From contig CAZTXP010000119.1 of assembly GCA_964617355.1 (NCBI GenBank), positions 2,186-66,185 of the forward strand: a stretch of 64,000 nt of DNA, written 5' to 3'. Positions 25,661 to 33,369 of this stretch are shown here, piece after piece. The stretch is from an uncultured Enterobacteriaceae bacterium (GTDB lineage: Bacteria; Pseudomonadota; Gammaproteobacteria; Burkholderiales; SG8-39). The notes beneath the pieces were generated by a model. The model had not been told where the DNA came from. It did not search any database and was given only the letters and a program-made list of their open reading frames with translations. Position numbers and translations under genes: made by a program. Every line of letters starts with the position of its first letter. Position 1 is the first letter of the stretch.

Positions 25661-26542
25661 GTGCGCAGGCTCCTTGCCGTCGCGCTGGCGCTCCAGGTAA
25701 CCACGGGGACCACCATCGCGACGAGTGCGGAGCCGGTGCGCACCACCTTCCTGACTTCCGACAAGGTCCGCCTCAGCGTGCTCGAGGCGGGGCCGGCTCG
25801 CACCTCGGGGTCGACGCAAGCTTCGCCGGGGCCGGTGATCGCCTTCGTGCCCGGCTGGTCGATGCCGGGCGAGATCTTCCGCCCGCAGGTCGAGGCGCTG
25901 TCCGAGGCGCATCGCGTCGCGGTGCTCGACCCGCGCGGGCAGGGCGAGTCGCCGATCCCCAAGGGCGGATATTCCATCTCGCGCCGCGCGAAGGACGTCG
26001 CGGAATTCGTCGCGCGTTATCCGCGCGCGGTGCTGGTCGGCTGGTCGCTCGGCGGGCTCGAGGCGCTCGAGGCGGTGCATGCGCACGCGCCGAAGTCGAT
26101 CGCCGCGCTGGTGCTGGTCGACAACTCGGTGGGCGAGGGCTCGCCGCCCAAGCGCCGCGCCGGCTCGTTCGGCGAAGACCTGATCCGCGACCGCGAGGGC
26201 ACGCTGGACCGCTTCATCCGCGCGATGTACCGCACGACGCGGCCCGAGGACGAGATCGAGCGCGTGAAGCAGGCGGCGCTGCGCATGCCGCTACAGGCAA
26301 GCCTGTCGATCTTCCCGTCGAAGGTGCCGCGCAGCCACTGGCGCGAGATCTCGCAGGGCTTCGACAAGCCGCTCCTGTACGCGATCACGCCGCAGTACGC
26401 CGAGCAGGGCCGCGCCCTGAAGGCGGCGCGCCCGCAGACCCGCGTCGAGCTCTTCGCCGATGCCGGCCACGCGCTCTTCGTCGACGAGCCGGAGCGCTTC
26501 AACCGGCTGCTGGGGGACTTTGTCGCGTCCATCCCGCGCTGA
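25661..26542 (+). CDS. alpha/beta hydrolase with N-terminal signal-like segment
   Basis: GTG 25661 lies 2 nt after the upstream stop. GWSLGG nucleophile elbow. C-terminal DAGHALFVDEP. Confidence 0.85.
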   Translation: MRRLLAVALALQVTTGTTIATSAEPVRTTFLTSDKVRLSVLEAGPARTSGSTQASPGPVIAFVPGWSMPGEIFRPQVEALSEAHRVAVLDPRGQGESPIPKGGYSISRRAKDVAEFVARYPRAVLVGWSLGGLEALEAVHAHAPKSIAALVLVDNSVGEGSPPKRRAGSFGEDLIRDREGTLDRFIRAMYRTTRPEDEIERVKQAALRMPLQASLSIFPSKVPRSHWREISQGFDKPLLYAITPQYAEQGRALKAARPQTRVELFADAGHALFVDEPERFNRLLGDFVASIPR

Positions 26543-26582
26543 GGGCGCGCCGGCCGCGGTCGACCACTCGGCCGATGCGCGC

Positions 26583-26978
26583 GTGCACGGCTCGCGCGCT
26601 GTGCGCGCCTTCTTCCTGGTGCTCGGTACCCTGTTCGTCGGCTTGGGTATCGCCGGGGTGGTGCTGCCGGTGCTGCCGACGACGCCTTTCCTGCTCGTCG
26701 CGGCCGCCTGCTATGCGCGTGGCTCGGCGCGCTTCTACAGCTGGTTGCTCAACCACCGCGTGTTCGGCCCGACCATCGTCGAGTGGCGCCGGCACCGCAG
26801 CATCCCGTGGCGTACCAAGCTGGTCGCGATCGCGATGATGGCGACCACGCTTGGTATCTCCGTGGCGTTCTTCGTCCCTGGCGCGTGGCTGAAGGTGGCC
26901 TTGGCCGCGCTCGGGGTGCTGCTCGCAGCGTGGATGTACCGGATTCCTTCGCGCGACCGGCCGAAGCATCAGGGTTAA
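26583..26978 (+). CDS. YbaN/DUF454-family inner membrane protein
   Basis: LGIAGVVLPVLPTTPFLLVAAACYARGS..WRRHRSIPWRTK. No ATG present. GTG at 26583 or 26601. Confidence 0.8.
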   Translation: MHGSRAVRAFFLVLGTLFVGLGIAGVVLPVLPTTPFLLVAAACYARGSARFYSWLLNHRVFGPTIVEWRRHRSIPWRTKLVAIAMMATTLGISVAFFVPGAWLKVALAALGVLLAAWMYRIPSRDRPKHQG

Positions 26979-27046
26979 AGTTTCGTCTTGGGATCAATGA
27001 GTTGCAAATTCACCGTTGCGGAGCTTCGGTAGCTGCGATGGAATGG

Positions 27047-27074
27047 TGGACAACTGTATAGGCATACATATAAT
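27047..27074 (+). promoter_or_regulatory. sigma70-like promoter of the methyltransferase gene
   Basis: TGGACA (27047-27052), 16 nt spacer, TATAAT (27069-27074). A GTTCGG/CCGAAC hairpin at 27087-27107 follows, then AGGAGAAG. Confidence 0.5.
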
Positions 27075-27122
27075 CCGACGATGGCTGTTCGGGCTTGAGA
27101 ACCGAACTAGGAGAAGAAGAAT

Positions 27123-28322
27123 ATGCGCGTTGCCGGCCTTTTCGCAGGAATCGGTGGGTTTGAGTTGGGACTAAGGCAAGCCGGGCACCACGCGCACTTC
27201 TTCTGCGAAATTCTTCCTGCGGCACGTGCCGTTCTGGCAGCGCGATTTCCGGATGTCCCGATTCATCCCGATATCGAAGAGTTGTCCGCACTTCCGCAAG
27301 ATACGGATCTGGTGTGTGCCGGATTCCCTTGCCAAGATCTAAGCCAAGCCGGACAAACGCGCGGTCTTGCGGGCGAACGGTCCGGATTAATTGAACGCGT
27401 ATTCGACTTGATCGAAGGCCGGGATGGCCGCGGGACGATACCGTGGCTAGTTATCGAGAATGTGCCGTTCATGCTCCAGTTGCATGGAGGTGCAGCAATG
27501 CGTCGCATCGTTGATCGTTTGGAGTCGCTCGGATATCGGTGGGCGTATCGGGTCGTTGATAGTTACTCATTTGGATTGCCGCAAAGGCGCGAACGCGTAT
27601 TCATCGTCGCAAGCCTCGCCGCGGATCCCGCCAACGTCGTGTTTGCAGATGACAACCCGTTGCAACGTCCCAAGACCGACTTAGCAAGCCTTGCGCATGG
27701 CTTCTATTGGACCGAGGGCCGTGGCGGATTGGGCTGGGCCGTCGATTCCGTACCCACATTGAAGAATGGAAGCACTATCGGCATTCCTTCGCCGCCGGCA
27801 ATCTTGCTTTCGGATGGACGAGTAATTAAGCCGTCGCTTGTCGATGCCGAACGTTTGCAGGGATTTGAACCAATTGATGGGGAGCCTTGGACTTTACCGG
27901 CCGAGCGAGTCGCTAAGACTGCCGCGCGTTGGGGTCTGGTTGGCAGTGCGGTAAGTGTTCCGGTTTCGAAATGGATCGGGGGTCGAATTCTGAAACCCGC
28001 GGCATATGACGTTGTTCGTGACCGGACTTTTCCAGAAGTTGGAAAACTTCCGCGTGCGGCGAGATTCGACGGTAGTCAACGATATGGCGTTGAGATCGGT
28101 ACCGATCCACTTGGAATTCGGCCGCCGCACCTGGCTGAATTCCTCAAGTACGACGGAGCCCCCTTGTCTGCAAAAGCGACGGCTGGTTTCTTGGCGCGGA
28201 CAAGGCTTGCCAAGCTAAGGTTTGAGCCCGGCTTTCTTGCGGCTGTCGAGCAGCATCTGACCCGCCGCATCGATGCCGAGGGCGTCGATTTGCGTCGACA
28301 GGAACGGTTGCTTGTAGCCTAG
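27123..28322 (+). CDS. DNA (cytosine-5)-methyltransferase
   Basis: Motif I FAGIGGF, motif IV GFPCQDLS, motif VI ENV, motif VIII QRRERVF, motif X GSAVSVPV. About 109 extra residues follow motif X. Confidence 0.95.
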   Translation: MRVAGLFAGIGGFELGLRQAGHHAHFFCEILPAARAVLAARFPDVPIHPDIEELSALPQDTDLVCAGFPCQDLSQAGQTRGLAGERSGLIERVFDLIEGRDGRGTIPWLVIENVPFMLQLHGGAAMRRIVDRLESLGYRWAYRVVDSYSFGLPQRRERVFIVASLAADPANVVFADDNPLQRPKTDLASLAHGFYWTEGRGGLGWAVDSVPTLKNGSTIGIPSPPAILLSDGRVIKPSLVDAERLQGFEPIDGEPWTLPAERVAKTAARWGLVGSAVSVPVSKWIGGRILKPAAYDVVRDRTFPEVGKLPRAARFDGSQRYGVEIGTDPLGIRPPHLAEFLKYDGAPLSAKATAGFLARTRLAKLRFEPGFLAAVEQHLTRRIDAEGVDLRRQERLLVA

Positions 28323-29212
28323 ATCCCGGCGAATCGGGATGCGTACAGGTGGGAAAGGCGATTTACGAATCGTTCGTAGTCGAAGTCGTCTGTTCGCGTC
28401 GGGGCGGGTGGGTGCGAGGTAACAACTTCGACGGGCGACATGCCGTCATTCCTGCATCGAATAACGATCACCCCCACTGCGTCGAAGCCGACATCCTCTA
28501 CGCGTGCGCGTCGCTGCAGATTTCGCAAGCCTTGGATAATTAGCTCTGCGTCACGCGGTTGAGAGTGCTTGGAGATCTCGGCAGGACGCGTCGCCAAGTC
28601 CCATTTGTTGATGTCTGTCGAAATGAATTCTTCGGCAGAATTTACGATGACCAGTCCGGCCGCAATCGCGTGATTCGTGTCGCCGTGAATCGTTTGGTGG
28701 CTCGATGTAAGCTCATCATGGAGGCGAGGGCGCGCCTTAGCGTACGCTGTCATCGCAGCCTTGGCTTCCGCAGCGACAAGCACATTGCTGACGCCGGCAA
28801 TCGGTAGATCTGGCAATGAGTCCAACGCGTGACGCTCCGCTGGCGTGAGATCGATTTGGTAGCTCGATACCAATCCGCCGAATGTTCTTGCACCCTTCGC
28901 GCCAGATTTCGAACCGCCCGCTATCGCATTTTGCGTGGATTGGCACAGAACCAAGTCCAGATTCTTTTTCTTGTTGTTTCGAAAATCGCGGAGCTCATGA
29001 TTGATTCCAAGGGAAACTTTACCCGCAGCTACATGTGCCTGAAGTAGGCTGCAAATTCGCAAGAGATCAAAGGTCAATCCCCAGCACGCAACTTTCGAAT
29101 GTCTATCGCTACGGGAATGGTACTGCCAGCGATTCCCGTACTTAAACGGCTTCGAGCCGGACCCGGTGGTGGGTACGGTCATTGTTCTTGCCAAGATTTC
29201 TGGTCCGAACAT
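28319..29212 (-). CDS. putative type II restriction endonuclease (PD-(D/E)xK-like)
   Basis: Convergent with the MTase; the stops share CTAG. SLPDLPIAGVSNVLVAAEAK gives PD-x12-E-x-K. Same low-GC composition as the MTase. No family recognised. Confidence 0.6.
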   Translation of the reverse strand: MFGPEILARTMTVPTTGSGSKPFKYGNRWQYHSRSDRHSKVACWGLTFDLLRICSLLQAHVAAGKVSLGINHELRDFRNNKKKNLDLVLCQSTQNAIAGGSKSGAKGARTFGGLVSSYQIDLTPAERHALDSLPDLPIAGVSNVLVAAEAKAAMTAYAKARPRLHDELTSSHQTIHGDTNHAIAAGLVIVNSAEEFISTDINKWDLATRPAEISKHSQPRDAELIIQGLRNLQRRARVEDVGFDAVGVIVIRCRNDGMSPVEVVTSHPPAPTRTDDFDYERFVNRLSHLYASRFAGI

Positions 29213-29249
29213 TTGGGTAGGATCCTGTCAGGTGAGTCTACCTGAGGAG

Positions 29250-29681
29250 ATGCCAGTGGACCCATTGTCGAAGGCGCGACGAAGCGCGCTTATGGCGAGG
29301 GTGCGCCAGCGAGGCACTGCACCGGAAATTGTGGTTCGCGATCTGGTTCATCGATTGAAGCTTCGGGCGAGATCAAATGACTCCTCTCTGCCGGGTTCGC
29401 CCGATTTGGCAATCTACAGTCACCGTATCGCGATTTTCGTCAACGGCTGCTATTGGCATGGACATAGCTGCCGTGCTGGGCGTCTTCCGTCGACAAATGT
29501 CGAGTTCTGGAAGAAGAAGATTGAAGCAAATCGGCGCCGTGATCGTCGAAAAGCGGCCGCGTTGCGGGGGCTTGGGTGGTCCGTACTTAACGTGTGGGAG
29601 TGTTCGATAAGGAATCGCGAACATTCGCGGATCGCGGCGCGAATATTGCGAGTTACCGGCCGCGAGGATCGAATTTCCTAA
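29250..29681 (+). CDS. vsr: very short patch repair endonuclease
   Basis: RRSALMARVRQRGTAPE..LPGSPDLAI..IAIFVNGCYWHGHSC..FWKKKIEANRRRDR..LGWSVLNVWEC is collinear with E. coli Vsr. GTG 29256 is an alternative start with better spacing from GGAG. Confidence 0.9.
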   Translation: MPVDPLSKARRSALMARVRQRGTAPEIVVRDLVHRLKLRARSNDSSLPGSPDLAIYSHRIAIFVNGCYWHGHSCRAGRLPSTNVEFWKKKIEANRRRDRRKAAALRGLGWSVLNVWECSIRNREHSRIAARILRVTGREDRIS

Positions 29682-29705
29682 GGTCTGCTTACTACGCTTA
29701 AGTGT

Positions 29706-30659
29706 CTACTGCGGCTTGATGCCCGCCGCGGGGATCACGCGGCGCCACTTCGCGATGTCGTCGGCGAGGAACCTGGCGAAGGCCTCCGGCGTGCCGCCCA
29801 CCGGCTCGGAGCCGGCCTGCGCGATCTTCTCGCGCACGTCGGCCTGCTGCAGGATGCGGTCGGATTCGGCGTTCAGCCGCTGCACGATCGCCGCCGGCGT
29901 GCCGGCCGGCGCGAAGAGCGCGAACCACGCCACCACCTCGAAGCCGGGGATGGTCTCCGATACCGCCGGCGTGTCGGGGAAGGCCGGCGAGCGCTTCAGG
30001 CTCGTCACCGCGAGCAGGCGCAGCTTCCCGGCCCTCACCTGCGGCGCGGCGCCCGGCAGGTTCTCGAACATCATCGGGATCTGCCCGCCGAGGAGGTCCA
30101 CCATCGCCTGCGACGAGCCCTTGTACGGCACGTGCGTGAGCTTCGTGCCGGTCTCCAGCGCGAAGAGTTCTCCGGTGAGGTGCGTGGTGGCGCCGGTGCC
30201 GGCCGAGCCGAACGCGACTTCGCCGGGCCTGCCCTTCGCGTAGGCGATCAGTTCCGGCACCGACTTCACCGGCATCGACGGGTGTACCACCACCGAGTTC
30301 GGCACGTTGGCGACGTGCACGATCGGCGCGAAGTCCTTCACCGGGTCGAAGCCGAGCTTCGCGTAGAGGCTCGCCGCCGTCGAGTGCGAGCCGGGCGCGC
30401 CCATCACGATGGTGTAGCCGTCGGGCGCGGACTTCGCCGCGGCCTCGGCGCCGATGGTGCCGCCCGCGCCGGGCCGGTACTCGATCACGAACGGCTGCCC
30501 CAGCGCCTGCCCGAGGCGCTCGGACATGATGCGCGCGAGCACGTCGGTGGTGCCGCCGGCCGCGTACGGCACGATCATGCGCACCGGCTTCGCCGGCCAC
30601 GATTGCGCGTGCGCCGCGAGCGACGCGGCGGCGAGCAGCAGGAACATCGGCAGGCGCAT
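29706..30659 (-). CDS. Bug/TctC-family substrate-binding protein
   Basis: Signal peptide followed by SWPAKPVRMIVPYAAGGTTD..PGAGG..APDGYTIVMG. Confidence 0.9.
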   Translation of the reverse strand: MRLPMFLLLAAASLAAHAQSWPAKPVRMIVPYAAGGTTDVLARIMSERLGQALGQPFVIEYRPGAGGTIGAEAAAKSAPDGYTIVMGAPGSHSTAASLYAKLGFDPVKDFAPIVHVANVPNSVVVHPSMPVKSVPELIAYAKGRPGEVAFGSAGTGATTHLTGELFALETGTKLTHVPYKGSSQAMVDLLGGQIPMMFENLPGAAPQVRAGKLRLLAVTSLKRSPAFPDTPAVSETIPGFEVVAWFALFAPAGTPAAIVQRLNAESDRILQQADVREKIAQAGSEPVGGTPEAFARFLADDIAKWRRVIPAAGIKPQ

Positions 30660-30742
30660 GGCGGTCTCCGGGCGAAATGGCGATGGACGCAGCGTAGTCC
30701 TTTTCCTATAGTGCGACGAGGCCTTCCTTCCCCGAGGTTCGC

Positions 30743-31735
30743 ATGTCTTCCATCGTGGTGCGCTCCGCAGTTCGCTCCATGGCCCGGCTCGCCGGCGCGG
30801 CGCTCCTTTGCAGTGCGGCCTTCGGCGCGCACGCGCAGGCCTGGCCGTCGAAGCCGATCCGCATCATCGTGCCCTTCGCGCCGGGCGGCACCGCCGACGT
30901 CATGGGGCGGCTCGTCGCACAGCGCCTCGGACCGCTCTATCCGCAGCAGTTCGTGGTCGAGACGCGGCCCGGCTCGGGCGGGCACATCGGCGCGGAAGCG
31001 ACCGCGAAGGCCGCGCCCGACGGCCACACCATCGTCATCGGCACCATCGGTATCCACGCTGCGTACGGCGTGTACTCGAAGCTGAACTACGACCCGGCGA
31101 AGGACCTGCAGCCGGTGATCCTGCTGGGCGAACTGCCCTGCGTGCTGGTCGTGAACCCGAACGTGCCGGTGCGCACCGTCGGCGAGTTCCTCGCGCTGGC
31201 GAAGGCGAAGCCGGGGGAGATCAACTTCGGCTCTGCCGGCACGGGGACCTCGACGCACATGACCGGCGCCCTGTTCGCGCTCGCCGCGGGCGTGGACCTG
31301 ACGCACGTGCCGTACAAGGGCTCGTCGCAGGCGTTGACGGATCTTCTCGGCGGGCAGATCCAGGCCATGTTCGAGAACTTGCCGACGCTGCCGCCGCACA
31401 TCGCGGCCGGCAAGCTGCGCGCGCTCGGCGTCACCAGCAAGACGCGCGCGGCCGCGCTGCCCGACGTGCCGACAGTGGCCGAGTCCGGCGTGCCCGGATA
31501 CGAGTCCACCGCGTGGTTCACCGTGGCGGCGCCCGCGAAGGTGCCCGCCGAGATCATCCGCAAGCTGAATGCCGACATCAACGCATTCATCCACGCGCCG
31601 GACCTGCAGCCGCGCCTGAAGGAGATCGGCGTCACGCCGGTGGGCGGCACGCCCGAGCAGGCGGCGAAGTACTTCGCCGCCGAGACCGAGAAGTGGAACG
31701 GCGTGATCCGCGCGGCGCGCATCAAGGCCGACTGA
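30743..31735 (+). CDS. Bug/TctC-family substrate-binding protein
   Basis: AWPSKPIRIIVPFAPGGTAD..PGSGG..APDGHTIVIG. TATAGT at 30707-30712 and GAGG upstream. Confidence 0.9.
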   Translation: MSSIVVRSAVRSMARLAGAALLCSAAFGAHAQAWPSKPIRIIVPFAPGGTADVMGRLVAQRLGPLYPQQFVVETRPGSGGHIGAEATAKAAPDGHTIVIGTIGIHAAYGVYSKLNYDPAKDLQPVILLGELPCVLVVNPNVPVRTVGEFLALAKAKPGEINFGSAGTGTSTHMTGALFALAAGVDLTHVPYKGSSQALTDLLGGQIQAMFENLPTLPPHIAAGKLRALGVTSKTRAAALPDVPTVAESGVPGYESTAWFTVAAPAKVPAEIIRKLNADINAFIHAPDLQPRLKEIGVTPVGGTPEQAAKYFAAETEKWNGVIRAARIKAD

Positions 31736-31743
31736 AGACCGCC

Positions 31744-33348
31744 ATGGCCGACGCCTTCAACGCCATCACGCTGCAGATGCTGTGGACGCGCCTCGTGTCG
31801 ATCGCCGACGAGGCGGCGGCGACGCTGCAGCGCACCTCGTTCTCGACCATCGTGCGCGAGTCGAACGACTTCGCCTGCGTGCTCACCGACTCGCGCGGCC
31901 GCTCGATGGCGCAGGCCACCGACAGCGTGCCCTCGTTCATGGGCACCATGCCGCGCACCATCCGGCATTTCCTAGAGGAGTACCCCGCCGAGACGCTGGA
32001 GCCCGGCGACATCCTGATCACCAACGACATCTGGATGGGCACCGGCCACCTGCCGGACATCTCGGTGGCCAAGCCCGTGTTCCTCGACGGGCGGCTGGTG
32101 GGCTTCGCGGGATCGGTCGCGCACTCGCCCGACATCGGCGGCAAGCTGCGTTCGGCGGACGCGAAGGAGGTCTTCGAGGAAGGCCTGCAGATCCCGGTGA
32201 TGAAGGTGGTGCGCGGCGGCAAGGTCGATCCCACCTTCGAAAGGATCCTCCGCAAGAACGTGCGCGTGCCCGACCAGGTGATGGGCGACCTCTACGCGCA
32301 GTTCACCTGCCTGCACCTGATGGAAGAGCGCGTGCTGGGGCTGATGCGCGAGCAGGGCCTCACGGTGCTCGAGCCGCTCGCGGACGAGATCCACGCGCGG
32401 TCCGAGGCCGCGATGCGCGCCGCGATCCGCGCGCTGCCCGACGGCACCTACGACTACACCGCCGTGATGGACGGCGTCGCCGAGCCGATCGAGCTGAAGA
32501 TGAAGATGACGGTCGCCGGCGACGAGCTGAAGATCGACTTCGCCGGCTCCGCGCCGCAGGTGCTGCGCGGCATCAACGTCTGCATGGCGTACACGATCTC
32601 GTACACCGCGTTCGGCGTGAAGGCGGTGCTCGCGCCCGAGATCCCGAACAACGACGGCGTGATGCGCCCGGTGACCATCGTCGCGCCCGAGGGCTGCATC
32701 CTGAATTCGCGCCCGCCCGCGGCCGGCGGCGCGCGCGCGCTCACCGGGCACTTCCTGCCGATGATGGTGATCAGCGCGCTCGCGAAGGCGATCCCCGAGC
32801 GCGTGATCGCCACCGTCGGCTCGCCGCTGTGGTGCCTGAACCTCTCGGGCGTGAACGGCGAAGGGCGCTCGTACGCGAACCTCTTCTTCATAAACGGCGG
32901 CTATGGCGCCGCGCACGACCGCGACGGCGCGAACGTGCTCTCGTGGCCGAGCAACATCTCGTCGACCCCGGTCGAGATGATCGAGCAGCTCGCACCGGTA
33001 AAGGTGAAGTACCGTCGTCTGCGGCGCGGCACCGGTGGCGCGGGGCGGCACCGCGGCGGCAACGGGCAGGAGATCTTCTTCCAGCTCACCTCGCCCAACC
33101 CGACCATGGTCAGCTTCCTCGCCGAGCGCACGCGCGTCGAGGCGGCGCCTTCCGGCGTCGCGGGTGGCGAGGCCGGCGCGCCGGGGGCCGTGCTGATCGA
33201 CGGACAGCCGGCGGATCCGAAGACGCAGCACGTGGTGCGGCCCGGGGGCACGGTGGAGCTGCGCACGCCCGGCGGCGGCGGCTACGGCCCCGCGCGCGAG
33301 CGCGCCGCGGCAGCGATCGACGCCGATCGCGCCGACGGCTACCTCTAG
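31744..33348 (+). CDS. hydantoinase B / oxoprolinase family protein
   Basis: ATG 31744 in frame with track ORF 30808-33348. ITLQMLWTRLVSIADEAAATLQRTSFSTIVRESNDFACVL..NDIWMGTGHLPD. Confidence 0.9.
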   Translation: MADAFNAITLQMLWTRLVSIADEAAATLQRTSFSTIVRESNDFACVLTDSRGRSMAQATDSVPSFMGTMPRTIRHFLEEYPAETLEPGDILITNDIWMGTGHLPDISVAKPVFLDGRLVGFAGSVAHSPDIGGKLRSADAKEVFEEGLQIPVMKVVRGGKVDPTFERILRKNVRVPDQVMGDLYAQFTCLHLMEERVLGLMREQGLTVLEPLADEIHARSEAAMRAAIRALPDGTYDYTAVMDGVAEPIELKMKMTVAGDELKIDFAGSAPQVLRGINVCMAYTISYTAFGVKAVLAPEIPNNDGVMRPVTIVAPEGCILNSRPPAAGGARALTGHFLPMMVISALAKAIPERVIATVGSPLWCLNLSGVNGEGRSYANLFFINGGYGAAHDRDGANVLSWPSNISSTPVEMIEQLAPVKVKYRRLRRGTGGAGRHRGGNGQEIFFQLTSPNPTMVSFLAERTRVEAAPSGVAGGEAGAPGAVLIDGQPADPKTQHVVRPGGTVELRTPGGGGYGPARERAAAAIDADRADGYL

Positions 33349-33369
33349 AACGCATCCCCAAGGAATCCC

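Larger units (their letters stand above)
26979..29705. mobile_element. low-GC horizontally acquired islet: C5 methyltransferase + nuclease + Vsr (no integrase or transposase seen)
   Basis: Abrupt composition drop (29/60 G+C at 28981-29040 versus 48/60 at 30001-30060, hand counted), starting at the ybaN-like stop and ending at the Bug stop. Confidence 0.65.

Noticed and set aside
20722-26542. 988-aa minus-strand ORF (20722-23688) and 1010-aa plus-strand ORF (23510-26542)
   Set aside because: These are composite open frames. Only the C-terminal 293 codons of the plus-strand ORF (alpha/beta hydrolase, 25661-26542) are coding. The minus-strand ORF is antisense to the GGT-family gene.
26979-27122. 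tRNA fragment, att site or target-site duplication at the borders of the R-M islet; also the 93-aa minus-strand ORF 27010-27291
   Set aside because: The GTTCGG/CCGAAC hairpin is not a tRNA T-arm context, and no cloverleaf can be drawn. The left and right borders share only trivial TTAA-containing strings. The 93-aa ORF overlaps the promoter and the MTase N-terminus and has no coding signal.
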